DNA of 63,719 nucleotides, the filler included, from Octopus bimaculoides (taxonomy: Eukaryota): the NCBI RefSeq assembly GCF_001194135.2. It is 5 parts of 5 records of this genome, joined end to end, with 100 filler letters (N's around TTAATTAATTAA, not from the genome) between each part and the next. Parts side by side here need not be neighbours in the genome. Positions count along the whole stretch, not along the records: positions 11,195 to 33,600 come from NC_069005.1; 4 more parts are not named here. One strand, given 5' to 3'. Every line of letters begins with the position of its first letter. Within the stretch, counting starts at the first letter, position 1. The position numbers and the translations under genes were made by a program. Of this stretch, positions 12,190 to 23,690 are shown in pieces. The notes beneath the pieces were generated by a model that was not told where the DNA came from, ran no database searches, and saw only the letters and a program-made list of their open reading frames with translations.

Positions 12190-13042
12190 CAGGGTGCGAT
12201 TGGTATATTGTCGCTATTTTATATTTTTAATTTCGCACATGTGCATTTTTGGATTTTGTTGACTACACAGTATAGTAGGGTCAGTTGGGCACTGTCTGTA
12301 AGAAAAACAGCACCATGACATAATTCACTCTGCCAGAAACTTGGAAATGACATGCTGTGCTGCTTGGCATTTGTGTTGGAAGATCCAATATGAAAATTTC
12401 AGAGTGTTTGGGTGTCAATCAGAGGATAGTGCAGAGGATTCAGAAAGAGTTGGATGAGCCTAATGGTGATTTCAAAGGTGTATAGAGTGATCACTAGCGA
12501 TGGGGACGTTATGCCTCCATTTATCTTCTCACACAGCCTCAGATTCAACACAGAGACCTACATCAAGTGCCTGGAGGAGGTAGTACTGTTCTGGGTCAAG
12601 AGGGTGGCTGCTGGAAGACCCTGTGTCTGGCAACAGGATACTGTACCATGTCACACAAGCAGGAGAACCCAGTCATGGCTGTCAAACAATTTCTGTGACC
12701 ACACCACCCCTAACATCTGGCCATCTAACTCCCCAGACTGCAACCTATTTGATTATTATATGTGGGGCGCAGTTGAGTGAGAGTCCAACAAATCTTGTAA
12801 CACCAAAGATGAACTGAAGGCAAGGATTATGGCAGCATTCACCAACTTAAACAAGGAGACCATCCAGAAGAGTTGCAGGAGATTCCGAAGTCGTCTGGAG
12901 GCCGTGGTTGAAAACAATGGCAATTTTATTGAATAAATTTACTCTTTAGTATTTCAAGATATTTTTATGTAATTTTCGTAAATGACATGTCAGTGTTATT
13001 TTCATTTTTGCATAATTTAGATAACAATTTATTCACCGCACC

Positions 13043-13045
<3 letters not shown>
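12190..13045 (+). mobile_element. DD37D (maT/mori-type) Tc1/mariner element, internally deleted
   Basis: TIRs CAGGGTGCG...CGCACCCTG. C-terminal transposase includes WQQDTVPCHTSRRTQ...WPSNSPDCNLFDYY, with 37 residues between the last two D. Confidence 0.85.
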
Positions 13046-13096
<51 letters not shown>

Positions 13097-13289
13097 GAGA
13101 TAATTATAATCCAGACAATCACCTCATCAGCAGTTCCTGTTGGAACCTGGCTACCATAGTATTCTGTTAACTGAAGAAATATCAGTTAGACTCCAGTTTA
13201 TTAGAAAGGAGAACATTTCACAAATCCACAGTATAATCCAATAGGTATAATATATGCCTCACAGGGTCTAGTCAGGTTTAGGCATCATA

Positions 13290-13715
13290 TGCAGTTGCAG
13301 CACATTTGCTGCATTCACCATTTGTCAGTATATTCCAGTCAGTCCCCATCTCTGCAAGATAGCCCCTCATTTGCTGTGACCATGTAGCATGTGGTCGACC
13401 ATGAGCCATCAGTCCAGCTGGATTGTCAGTGAAGAGGACATTATCAGCAGGGTCTAACTTAGAAAATCAAGCAACATAGCCAAACAGTCTGAGCTGGCAC
13501 TCCCGAATCATACAAGTAACAGGATGCATACCAGTTTCTGAGTAGAGCCATTGGTTGGATATGAAATACAGTCAATGGTAACCTATAATCTTGTGAAGTG
13601 TCCTGGTACCAAAGGAGGTCAGGGGGCTCCTAAGGGCCCCAGACAGTGTCCAAGTCTCGCAGCACAGGCAGGACCAGAGACATGAAGATCTGAACCTTTG
13701 TCCTCCTGCACAGAT
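13290..13715 (-). mobile_element. RTE-clade LINE ORF2 C-terminal fragment
   Basis: rc reads CCETWTLSGALR...HKIIGY, then IRECQLRLFGYVA and GRPHATWSQQM, the typical RTE C-terminal pattern. Confidence 0.65.
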
Positions 13716-13755
13716 ATTGGCACAGATATTGCGTGTGTGTGTGTGTGTGTGTGCG

Positions 13756-13793
<38 letters not shown>

Positions 13794-14502
13794 CATAAAA
13801 AAAAAGTGTTGCTATTTGATCATTATATTAATGCCATCAAGTATTTCCCTGATGCCCTGTTGTGCTTAAAGCATCTGATTACACCCGAAACATCCCATGC
13901 TGTGGATCCAGACAACCACAACAGCAAAATGTAGAACGGGGGACGGAGGGTGGGGGTGCGGAGATGATATAAACTGGTGTTTATTACAATTTCTCTTACA
14001 TTTGCTGTGTAATATCATGTAATATCATAACCAGTGTTACTAGTAAGTTAAGTAGTAACCTAAGCACTGGACTGGAAGCAGAATGGATGATGATAATCAA
14101 CACGGAGATCTGAACTCAGCTGTAGCAGTCATACAGCTAACTGGATACACAAGATATGCTCTCTGACTGTCTGTCTGTCTCTTTCTCTCTCTCTATCTGT
14201 CTGTCTGTCTCTCTCTATATATATGTATATATATATGATGCACACACACATATATATATATATATATATACACATAATATATATACACACACACATGTAT
14301 ATATATATATACACACACACATGCACGTGCAGGTTGGGCCAAAGGTTACGCACCAATAAGTTCAATATGCATTGGAATTGTCAAGGATTTGCTTCAGTTT
14401 TTCAAAAATTGAATAAAATAAATAAAGTAGTGATGACTAGATACATACCTGTACGTTATAAACAAAATGAATAATAATAATAATAATAATAACAACAACA
14501 AC

Positions 14503-14735
14503 ATAAAAGACACCATTTCGAGCGTGGCCGTTTTCGTGCGGGTGACACGTAAAAGCACCCACTACACTCTCTGAGTGGTTGGCGTTAGGAAGGGCATCCA
14601 GCTGTAGAAACTCTGCCAAATTAGATTGGAGCCTGGTGTTGCCATCCGGTTTCACCAGTCCTCAGTCAAATCGTCCAACCCATGCTAGCATGGAAAGCGG
14701 ACGTTAAACGATGATGATGATGATGATGATGAATA
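14503..14735 (+). mobile_element. Young RTE-3'-end-like SINE/LINE tail with (GAT)n
   Basis: GTTGGCGTTAGGAAGGGCATCCAGC...CATGGAAAGCGGACGTTAAACGATGATG. A near-identical inverted copy lies at 23496-23665. Confidence 0.7.
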
Positions 14736-14749
14736 ACAACAACAACAAT

Positions 14750-14960
14750 CCTTTCTACTAAAGTCACAGGGAATGAAATTTTGGGGGTGGGGACCAGTCC
14801 ATTACATTGACCCCAGTATGCAACTGGTACTTATTTTACTGACCCCAAAAGGATGAAAGGCAAAGTTGACCCTGGTGGCATTTGAACTCAGAACGTGAAG
14901 ACAGACGAAATTCCGCTAAGCATTTCACCCAGCATGCTAACAATTCTGCCACCTCACCAC
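14750..14960 (-). mobile_element. SINE family B
   Basis: rc GCCTTTCATCCTTTTGGGGTCAGTAAAATAAGTACCAG and a tRNA-like head. Confidence 0.75.
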
Positions 14961-15490
14961 TTTAATGATAATTATGATAATGATAGCAATAATAATGTAA
15001 TTTAAATAAAGTGTCAAATGTTTTGCTATGTGATTATTGGCCTACCTTTTATATATATATATATATATATGGGTAAGATCCAAGGTTCTATGTGTAGAAA
15101 GTTAGTAAGCTTCAAGCAGTCTGTGGCAGGTATAGGAAACAAAAAGTGGAACATGTATGTTCAGGAACAATAACAATTTATTGGCATCGAAGGTTATACA
15201 CTTTTTACCCGTATCACATATATATATATACATACATATATATATATATATATATTATTTTGTTTAAAAGAGTTCCAACACTGTCTGTTTTTTATGTTTT
15301 ATTTATATTCCTGCAGAACTAATGTGGGGTATAGAATATGGAATATACAATATATAATATACAATATACAATATAAAATAAAATATAACAAAAATGGATG
15401 GCACCATGAAAGAAAGTATTGAATGTAGATGAAATATTGAGTGTTCAATATAAAGGATCAAATATATAAATATATAAATATAAATATATA

Positions 15491-15534
15491 AAGGCGACTC
15501 GAGTTTCAGGGCTATTTCCCTTCGTCATGGCCGG
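15491..15534 (-). ncRNA. Degenerate minimal type I hammerhead-ribozyme motif (Penelope-type)
   Basis: rc GGC-CATGACGA-AGGG-AAATAG-CCCT-GAAA-CTCGAG-TC-GCC. Stem II is intact, stem III is the palindrome ACTCGAGT, the triplet is GUC, and the core has one extra nucleotide. Confidence 0.5.
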
Positions 15535-15551
15535 TATGACAGACTTTAAAC

Positions 15552-15679
15552 CAGGGTCCACATGACCCTTGGGGGTCCACATGACCCTTGGGGTCCACAT
15601 GACCCTTGGGGGTCCACATGACCCTTGGGGGTCCACATGACCCTTGGGGGTCCACATAAGATTTTTATGTTAAAATTTA
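15552..15679 (+). repeat. 19-bp minisatellite (5 units plus a partial) inside the 5' end of a hAT-type MITE
   Basis: Unit GGGTCCACATGACCCTTGG, followed by ATAAGATTTTTATGTTAAAATTT, homologous to the MITE at 38744-38999. Confidence 0.85.
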
Positions 15680-15903
15680 GGCGCAGGAGTGGCTGTGTGC
15701 TAAGTAGCTTGCTTATGAACCACATAGTTCTGGGTTCAGTCCCACTGCGTGGCACCTTGGGCAAGTGTCTTCTACTATAGCCTCGGGCCAACCAAAGCCT
15801 TGTGAGTGGATTTGGTAGACGGAAACTGAAAGAAGCCCGTCGTATATATATATATATATATGTGTGTGTGCGTGTGTGTGTATCTGTGTTTGTGTGTCTG
15901 TGT
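15680..15903 (+). mobile_element. SINE family A (5' half, runs into a gap)
   Basis: GGCGCAGGAGTGGCTGTGTG...CCTTGGGCAAGTGTCTTCTACTATAGCC. Confidence 0.85.
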
Positions 15904-16955
15904 NNNNNNNNNNNNNNNNNNNNNNNNNNNNNNNNNNNNNNNNNNNNNNNNNNNNNNNNNNNNNNNNNNNNNNNNNNNNNNNNNNNNNNNNNNNNNNNNN
16001 NNNNNNNNNNNNNNNNNNNNNNNNNNNNNNNNNNNNNNNNNNNNNNNNNNNNNNNNNNNNNNNNNNNNNNNNNNNNNNNNNNNNNNNNNNNNNNNNNNNN
16101 NNNNNNNNNNNNNNNNNNNNNNNNNNNNNNNNNNNNNNNNNNNNNNNNNNNNNNNNNNNNNNNNNNNNNNNNNNNNNNNNNNNNNNNNNNNNNNNNNNNN
16201 NNNNNNNNNNNNNNNNNNNNNNNNNNNNNNNNNNNNNNNNNNNNNNNNNNNNNNNNNNNNNNNNNNNNNNNNNNNNNNNNNNNNNNNNNNNNNNNNNNNN
16301 NNNNNNNNNNNNNNNNNNNNNNNNNNNNNNNNNNNNNNNNNNNNNNNNNNNNNNNNNNNNNNNNNNNNNNNNNNNNNNNNNNNNNNNNNNNNNNNNNNNN
16401 NNNNNNNNNNNNNNNNNNNNNNNNNNNNNNNNNNNNNNNNNNNNNNNNNNNNNNNNNNNNNNNNNNNNNNNNNNNNNNNNNNNNNNNNNNNNNNNNNNNN
16501 NNNNNNNNNNNNNNNNNNNNNNNNNNNNNNNNNNNNNNNNNNNNNNNNNNNNNNNNNNNNNNNNNNNNNNNNNNNNNNNNNNNNNNNNNNNNNNNNNNNN
16601 NNNNNNNNNNNNNNNNNNNNNNNNNNNNNNNNNNNNNNNNNNNNNNNNNNNNNNNNNNNNNNNNNNNNNNNNNNNNNNNNNNNNNNNNNNNNNNNNNNNN
16701 NNNNNNNNNNNNNNNNNNNNNNNNNNNNNNNNNNNNNNNNNNNNNNNNNNNNNNNNNNNNNNNNNNNNNNNNNNNNGGTAGTTTTATCTGTTTTGGAATC
16801 TTTTTGATATATTCTAGGCTTTCAACACCATCAGCTGAAGAAGCACTGCACATGCGGCCAGCTAAGACTTGTAGTATCTCTTGTTATCTGCAGACATGGA
16901 ATGGCATTGGGAGGAGGACGAGGAGGAGGTGGAGGAAGGCAAAGATATGGACTGG

Positions 16956-17009
<54 letters not shown>

Positions 17010-17179
17010 ATCATGCACACTCATGCACACATTCAAATGTGTTTGTATGTCCTCTCAAATATGCATTCATGTGCACGATTCATTCTCAAATACACATATA
17101 CCAATGCACAGACATACGCACACACACACACACATACACATATGCATGTGCACACACTCATGCACATGCACACAGTTAC

Positions 17180-17480
17180 AAACTAACAAGGGATCTTCTG
17201 TGTGGTTGCTTGGCCTGTTAGAAATAGCAGCCAAATCTCCCTTAAATCATATCCCATTGTCTTTTAAAATGTGCATATGCACACACTTAAAAACTAACAA
17301 GGAAGCTTCTATACTCCTATGTGGTTGCTTGACCTGCAAAAAATAGCAGCTAAATCTCCCTTAAACCATGTCCTATTTTCTTTTAAAATATACACATGGT
17401 ACATTTACAGACTAACAAGAAAACTTCTACAGGTTGCTTGACCTGTTATGAATAACAGCCAAATCTCCCTTAAATCACAA
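17180..17480 (+). repeat. Three tandem diverged ~115-bp units of a SINE-head-like repeat
   Basis: ACTAACAAG...GGTTGCTTGACCTG...AATAGCAGCCAAATCTCCCTTAAA three times. Related sequence occurs in reverse at ~52060-52130 and ~2460-2500. Confidence 0.7.
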
Positions 17481-17560
17481 ATTGTCTATTAAAAAATACA
17501 GGACACATTGGATATTGTAGTTAGTCCTAGATATGTTATTTGAATAAAAAATGGGATTAA

Positions 17561-17746
17561 CCATTTAGCATTCAGATTATTTTGAATGACTTGTGCATTA
17601 TCTTGTGGCTTTGAGATTTAAATGATATGATTGTTTATTTTTAGAATGACATTGTAGGGTAGGTGTGAGAGGTCAGATGTGGCTGCTTTGAATATAAAGC
17701 AGGCGTGATATTTGGGTCTGTTTTGGCCAGTCTAAATACTAAAGGG
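17561..17746. mobile_element. piggyBac-like MITE
   Basis: TTAA|CCATTTAGCATT ... AATACTAAAGGG|TAAA termini (TTAA target, CCC-type TIR). A related end lies at 18839-18880. Confidence 0.6.
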
Positions 17747-17859
17747 TAAAAAAAGACAACACCTGCAGTTAAACTCTACTCAAATCCCACCTGAAAGTCT
17801 GGCTGTCTTAGTAAGGCATTTGATGAAGTATTCCTAGGTAGACTGTGTCTGAACAAGTA

Positions 17860-18225
17860 ACATTGAATAGGCACATTTGGAATGTATATAAGCATTTGTT
17901 GGAGTATGCACACTCCACTTATTACGACAATGAGAGTTCCAATTGATCCGATCAATGGAACAGCCTGCTCGTGAAATTAATGTGCAAGTGGCTGAGCGCT
18001 CCACAGACATGTGTACCCTTATGTACCAGTATGACACAGAATGGGACAAGGCTTGGCCCTTTGAAATATGGGTTCTAATCATTTTTGCCAGCAGAGTGAA
18101 CTGGAGCAAGGTGAAATAAAGAGTCTTGCCCAAGGACACAACATGCCACTAAGAGTCAAACTGGTGACCATGTGATCATGAGCTGAATACCTTAACCATT
18201 AAGCCATGCACTTTCATAGCACATG
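17860..18225 (-). mobile_element. tRNA-derived CORE-like SINE (family C)
   Basis: rc head GTGCATGGCTTAATGGTTAAGG and TTGTGTCCTTGGGCAAGAC core. Confidence 0.7.
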
Positions 18226-18506
18226 CACACACCTATACAAACACACACACACACACACGTAGTTGGGAGGTCCCCTACCACTGCTTGACAACTGGTGTTG
18301 GTGTGTTTATGTCCTGTAACTTAGAGGTTTGGCAAAAGAGATCAATAGAATAAGTACCAGAGTTAAAAGAGTACTGGGTTTGATTCATGTGACTAAAAAT
18401 TCTTCAAGGTGGTGCCCCAGCATGGTCACAGTCTAATGACTGAAACAGGTAAAAGATAAAAGATATTTAAATATTATTAAGAATTGTCTCAAAAATTGTT
18501 ATGAAA

Positions 18507-18845
18507 GTGCATGGCTCAGTGGTTAGAGCGTTGGGTTCACAATCATGAGGTAGTAAGTTCAGTTCCCGGACTGGGCTGTGTGTTGTGTCCTTGAGCAAGA
18601 CACTTTATTTCACATTTTCTCCAGTTCACTCAGCTGTAGAAATGAGTTGTGACATCACTGACACTAAGCTGTATCTATCTTTGCCCTTTCCTTGAATAAC
18701 ATTGGTGGCATGTAGAGGGGAGACCAGTATGAATGGGTGACTGCTAGTCTTCTATAAACAATATATCCAGACATATGCTTCAGAGGGGACCTCTCTAGGT
18801 GCATTCCCATGGTCATTCATGACTGAAGGGGGTCTTGACCCTTTA
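18507..18845 (+). mobile_element. tRNA-derived CORE-like SINE (family C)
   Basis: GTGCATGGCTCAGTGGTTAGAGCG (A box), B-box-like AGTTCAGTTCC, and TTGTGTCCTTGAGCAAGACACTTTA core. Confidence 0.75.
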
Positions 18846-18969
18846 CATTTGGCTCAGTAATCTGAATGCTAAAGGGTTAAGCCAGTTTCCATGGCATGAA
18901 AGTGACTGAGATCACAACACTCTTCCCCAGATAGATGTTTAGTAGAAAGTGGGTTATACATCTTTAGAT

Positions 18970-19248
18970 TGTATACCTGACTTTCTACTATAAAATTGAA
19001 GAAATTGACGGAACGCTGAACTCCAGACTAAACAACTTAAACAACATTTATTTACTTGGTAAAACATACATATCTTTAGTTACACATCTTTAGAGGTGAG
19101 AATAACGAGCTGTCGAGTATAAGACCGAAAGATGTAGAGACAGCTTTAAACACACGTCCTTGCTCAATCGCTGGCCAGCGTGAAAGAGAATGAATTGAGC
19201 GGGAAACGCTTGCTTTATTAATTCTATGCATGCGCAGGCGTTACTACA
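18970..19248 (-). mobile_element. Possible solo LTR
   Basis: rc begins TGTAGTAAC, contains AATAAA and ends ...GTATACA. No TSD seen. Confidence 0.35.
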
Positions 19249-19929
19249 GGTGCAATCCCATAGTCATTCATGAATGAAGGGATTCTTTAAAGAATTGTTA
19301 AAATATTTCAAATAATTTTAAACAACAAAATCTTATATGGAGCCCCCAAAGGTCATCTGGACCCTGGTTGAGAACCACTGCTTTAGACAATCCCTGTGAA
19401 TGACTGACCTTTTTCAGCAGAAGCATTATTCATAAACTTGTGATATTTGAGCATGATTAATAAAGCCAGATAAGCAATACTTTTCTTTCCTTGTCTTTTG
19501 TTTTTTTTTTTTTTATATTTTTAACTTAAAAACAGACAATCTTAAAAACTTTCTACAGCAAATATGACAGTAATTTGTTTTGTTCACAAGTTGTCTTGAT
19601 GTCAATAGGATGAAGAACTCCTACTCACCATATCTTTTGTCTTTTACTTGTTTCAGTCATTTTGTTGGGGCCATGCTGGAGCACCACCTTGAAGGGTTTT
19701 TAAGTCAAACAGATCGATCCTAGGACTTTTTTTTTTCTTTAAGTCTAGTACTTATTCTATCACTCTGTTTTGCTGAACTGCTAAGTTACATGGACATAAA
19801 CACACAAACACTGGTTGTCAAGTGGTGATGGGGGACAAACACAGACACAAAGACATATACATACATATATATATATATATATATACACACATTCGCACAC
19901 ACACTCACACACACACACACACACACATA

Positions 19930-20149
19930 CAGGGTTGGCTAAAAGTCACCTGACAGTAAATCAAAATTCCATAAATACTTAATATTCAGTTTTATTTATT
20001 CATTTCAATTATGAATGTTTAATAATTGAATGCTGTGAGCTAAAATCACCGTTTATTTAGATGCTTTTTTAAAATTCATTCAGTTGTTAAAATAAATCTT
20101 AGAATTAAATGGTTTTGACTTACTGTCAGGTGATTTTTGGGCAATCCTG
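19930..20149. mobile_element. Tc1/mariner-type MITE
   Basis: TA|CAGGGTTGGCTAAAAGTCACCTGACAGTAA ... TTACTGTCAGGTGATTTTTGGGCAATCCTG; ~30-bp TIRs. Confidence 0.75.
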
Positions 20150-20164
20150 TGTATGTATAATTTA

Positions 20165-20398
20165 CAGAAAACAAAAGACAAAGACAAGTATAGGAACAAC
20201 AAACAGGTGTATTAAGTTTAACACTCTGGGAAAAATGGAATATTGTTTTATGTTTTGAGCCTACGCTCTTTGACAGAAAGGATTAAGAGGGAAAAAATGG
20301 AGGAAGAATGAAAAAAACAGGAGAGAAAAACATGTGCAGAGTCCAACGGTCCAACACGGTGAGATGACTGGAAAAAAGAGAGGCTGAATGAAAGAGAG

Positions 20399-20400
<2 letters not shown>
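20165..20400 (-). mobile_element. Penelope-like terminal fragment ending at (AAT)n
   Basis: rc CTTTCTGTCAAAGAGCGTAGGCTCAAAAC, a decayed hammerhead-like GAGC/GCTC stem of the kind found at PLE ends. Confidence 0.35.
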
Positions 20401-20437
<37 letters not shown>

Positions 20438-20459
20438 GTAACAGTGACCCCAACAAGCT

Positions 20460-21178
20460 ATGGTGCGCAAGCGTATGTGTGTATGTGAGAATGGGGGTGA
20501 GTGAGTATGTATGTGTGGGTGAGTGTGCGCGTATGTGCATATGGACTTGTGTATATGTGTGAGTATATGTATGGACATGTGTATATATGTACGGTGTATG
20601 TTTGTGTGTGTATGTCTGTGACCAAATGGTGTGCATGTGTATAATGTATGTTTGTGGGTGGAAGTTATCTGGGTCTATGTGTGTGTGTATTTGTGTATAT
20701 ATTGTTTGTATTCAGGTATTATGCACTTGTGTGAGTGTGGGATTGTGCATGATGGTGTGTGGTATGTGTACTGAGTTAAACAGTGTGTGGGGCTGCTCGT
20801 ATAGTGGTATGTGTGATGATGCTATTGAAGATTGTGTGTGGGTGTGTGGGTAATGGTGTGTGGTGTGGTGTGGGTGCTGAGAAGTGTGTGTAGAGTGGGA
20901 AGGTGTTTGTGGGTGTGTGAATTGAATAATGAGTTGAACAGTGTATATGTGTGTTTGTATAGTGGTGTATGTGTGGTGAGGGTACTGAGGTAGGTGGTAT
21001 GCAGGTGTAGGTGGAGGGAGGACAGTTGAATGTGGGAGGTGTGTGGGATTGGACATTTATACATGCACATGTATATACACTCATACCCACACACATATAT
21101 ACATACACACAAACATATATATATATATATATATATAGGAAACCCCACCATTTACTGACATATATATATATATATATA
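20460..21178. repeat. Degenerate (GT)n/(AT)n low-complexity tract
   Basis: Direct inspection; source of many C/V/H/T-rich ORFs. Confidence 0.85.
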
Positions 21179-21640
21179 NNNNNNNNNNNNNNNNNNNNNN
21201 NNNNNNNNNNNNNNNNNNNNNNNNNNNNNNNNNNNNNNNNNNNNNNNNNNNNNNNNNNNNNNNNNNNNNNNNNNNNNNNNNNNNNNNNNNNNNNNNNNNN
21301 NNNNNNNNNNNNNNNNNNNNNNNNNNNNNNNNGAAGGTCTTACAGCTGTTTCCAGGATATTTATTATATCCCTTCATCGGAGACGGTGTGAAAGGATGGT
21401 TAAGCTATAGTTAATTTAGATAAGATAGGAAATAGAGAGTGAATGCAGGGATATTGTATTTGTAAATCCATTGTTTAGGCAGAATGGTATACATATAAGA
21501 TTCCAATACCTTGTGAGTAAAATCCAACAGTTTTTAAGATTGGTCATTGCATTTGTAAATCCATTATTAAGATTCCAATACCCTATGAGTAAAATCCAAC
21601 AATCTTCGAAGTTGGTCATTCCAAATACAGAGTTTATACA

Positions 21641-21703
21641 GTGTTATTGAATCAAGGGTTCTATTTAAAGTCACTTTAAACAGAACCCTTGGTTCAATAA
21701 CAC
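21641..21703. repeat. 63-bp near-perfect palindrome (31-bp arms, 1-nt centre)
   Basis: GTGTTATTGAATCAAGGGTTCTATTTAAAGT-C-ACTTTAAACAGAACCCTTGGTTCAATAACAC; 2 mismatches. Confidence 0.9.
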
Positions 21704-21704
21704 A

Positions 21705-22330
21705 GAAATCAATCTGGCTAGCAGAGTCGCCTGATTGATAGGTTATCAGGTGGTTGTCTGGCTTCCTGAAGTTAGTGTTGCAGATTAATAGGTTGCTTGC
21801 ATCACAGAACTCCAGTAGCCTAGTTCCCTCTTTGTTTTGGGAACCAATTCCATGGCACCTGTGAACACCATGGAAGATACCGGATTGCCATCCAACATGC
21901 TCATTAAAATCTCCAACAACAAAGATGAGGTCATTGCCACTCATCTTTGAGGTAGCCTGTAGAAGGGTATCATAAAAGTGGTCCTTCTGATTGTTTGATA
22001 GGCCAGCTTGTGGGGCATAGGCAGAGATAATTGTAACTGTACTGTTCTGCAGGACTAGCCTGAGCTTAAGCACTCTATCGCATACCCTGACTACCATTAT
22101 GACCTTATCCACCCATTTCCCTGTAAGGAGTATGCCTACACCCCCTACTCCATCACTGTTACCTTCCCAGAAGATATTATACCTATGTACCTTGCCTGTG
22201 GGGACCCTACCTGAAGCTCTTCTCCACCTTATCTCTTGTATGCAGCATACATCTCCGTTCAAGCATCTCTACCTTTCAATGTGCCTACATTGACAGTGCC
22301 AACTCTAAAAACTGAGAAAGCAATGTGGGA
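21705..22330 (-). mobile_element. RTE-clade LINE, AP-endonuclease (5') region, 3'-truncated
   Basis: VGTVNVGTLKG...DVCCIQEIRW...GVGILL...IISAYAPQ...VVGDFNEHVG...NLLICNTNF...QIDF. Confidence 0.85.
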
Positions 22331-22599
22331 GGAGGCATGGGCAGGGGTGGTGTTATTCAGTGCCTGCAAACAAGAAGAAAGAGGTTTTCATGTTCGTTTG
22401 AAAGACATGCTACACCTGTTCTCACTTTTGACCTGTCATCATTCAAAAATTCAAGCATGTTAAGATTGTTGCCCCTACCAGGGGGTAGGAGTAGATGCTA
22501 GCAGCATTGTAAGTATAAGCATTATGGACATCGTAAATTTAAGCATTACTTGTGCTGCAGATATAAGTAAATAAATAAATAAAATTAATAAAAATAGAT

Positions 22600-22946
22600 A
22601 AAAGTAAATATGAATATCAATATGCCAATGTTAGATTAAGTAGGTGCGCAGCTAAACTAGTTGCATTTCTCCTGAGAGAGAGGGAGAGGAGGGAGGCAAA
22701 ATTGCAGGCATGATAGAGGATACCACCAGTGAGGGAGGGTGGGGGTTTCCAGTGGGAGAAGAGAGATATCCGATATTGGTGGTGGGGGTGGGACTGGGCA
22801 GGTGCACCGTGAACAAGCAAGGCTAGTTTAAGAGGTAGTACAAAAAATATGCAGCCAACTTAAGAACACACGAGGGAAGGCGAGCCAAAGGTGTTAGAGA
22901 GATTTCATTTGGAAATTACATGAAGAATTAAGGAGAAAACTAAGGC

Positions 22947-22980
<34 letters not shown>

Positions 22981-23480
22981 GGAAGTTATATATGGAAGAG
23001 TCAATTTAAATATTTAGCTTATGAAAGTAGATATTAGTAAATAATGCATATTAATAATGAATGAGTGGGTGAAAAGATTGAAAAAAACGAGGGAATAGCT
23101 TAGCTTAGCAGTGCATAACTGGGTGCCGAAGAGCTATCAGTGCTGGAATGAGTTGCATGAAAATCAGTGAGGGGCGTGTGAGAAAGGTATTTCATATGTA
23201 TATGCTATGATTGGAAGTGGACATAATGGATGGGCACTTTCGCCCTGGGCTGAAAAAAGCAGTGAGAGTAACTGAGAATAGCACAAGAAGCCGTAATGAG
23301 TGGAAGGATTCAGAGATAGTACGAAAAATATTTAGCCAACATGAAGCATGGAGGGAGAAAAATAAGGCAAGGGTTAATTTAAGAGATAGTACAAGAAATA
23401 TGTAGCCAACTTGAGAACACGGGAGGGAAGGGGAGCTCTAAAGGTGTTAGAGAGATATCATTTGGAAATTACATATAAAT
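22600..23480 (-). mobile_element. Degenerate LINE fragments (CR1/L2-like) with a ~110-bp internal direct repeat
   Basis: Direct repeat at ~22815-22925 and ~23365-23475. The rc reading is only loosely CR1-like. Confidence 0.3.
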
Positions 23481-23495
23481 GTATATATATATATA

Positions 23496-23665
23496 TCATC
23501 ATCATCATCATCATCGTTTAACGTCCGCTTTCCATGCTAGCATGGGTTGGACGATTTGACTGAGGACTGGTGAAACCGGATGGCAACACCAGGCTCCAGC
23601 CTAAATTTGGCAGAGTTTCTACAGCTGGATGCCCTTCCTAACGCCAACCACTCAGAGAGTGTAGT
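23496..23665 (-). mobile_element. Young RTE-3'-end-like element, inverted relative to 14503-14735
   Basis: CATCATCGTTTAACGTCCGCTTTCCATGCTAGCATGG...GGATGCCCTTCCTAACGCCAACC. Confidence 0.7.
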
Positions 23666-23690
23666 ATATATATATNNNNNNNNNNACATA

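Noticed and set aside
15552-15660. CRISPR-like array (also 58124-58210 and 50462-50578)
   Set aside because: Units are contiguous with no unique spacers; eukaryotic minisatellites.
16778-16960. Acidic peptide DMEWHWEEDEEEVEEGKDMDWE, or minus-strand QEILQVLAGRMC…KQIKLP, as an exon
   Set aside because: Driven by (GGA)n low complexity, bounded by a gap, and with no recognisable family or consistent splice sites.
18507-18590. tRNA genes at SINE heads
   Set aside because: A/B-box-like heads run straight into SINE cores, and no complete cloverleaf is seen.
20245-20290. Hammerhead at a Penelope-like end (also 10895-10925 and ~35900)
   Set aside because: Both the CUGANGA and GAAA halves are mutated; too decayed to call.
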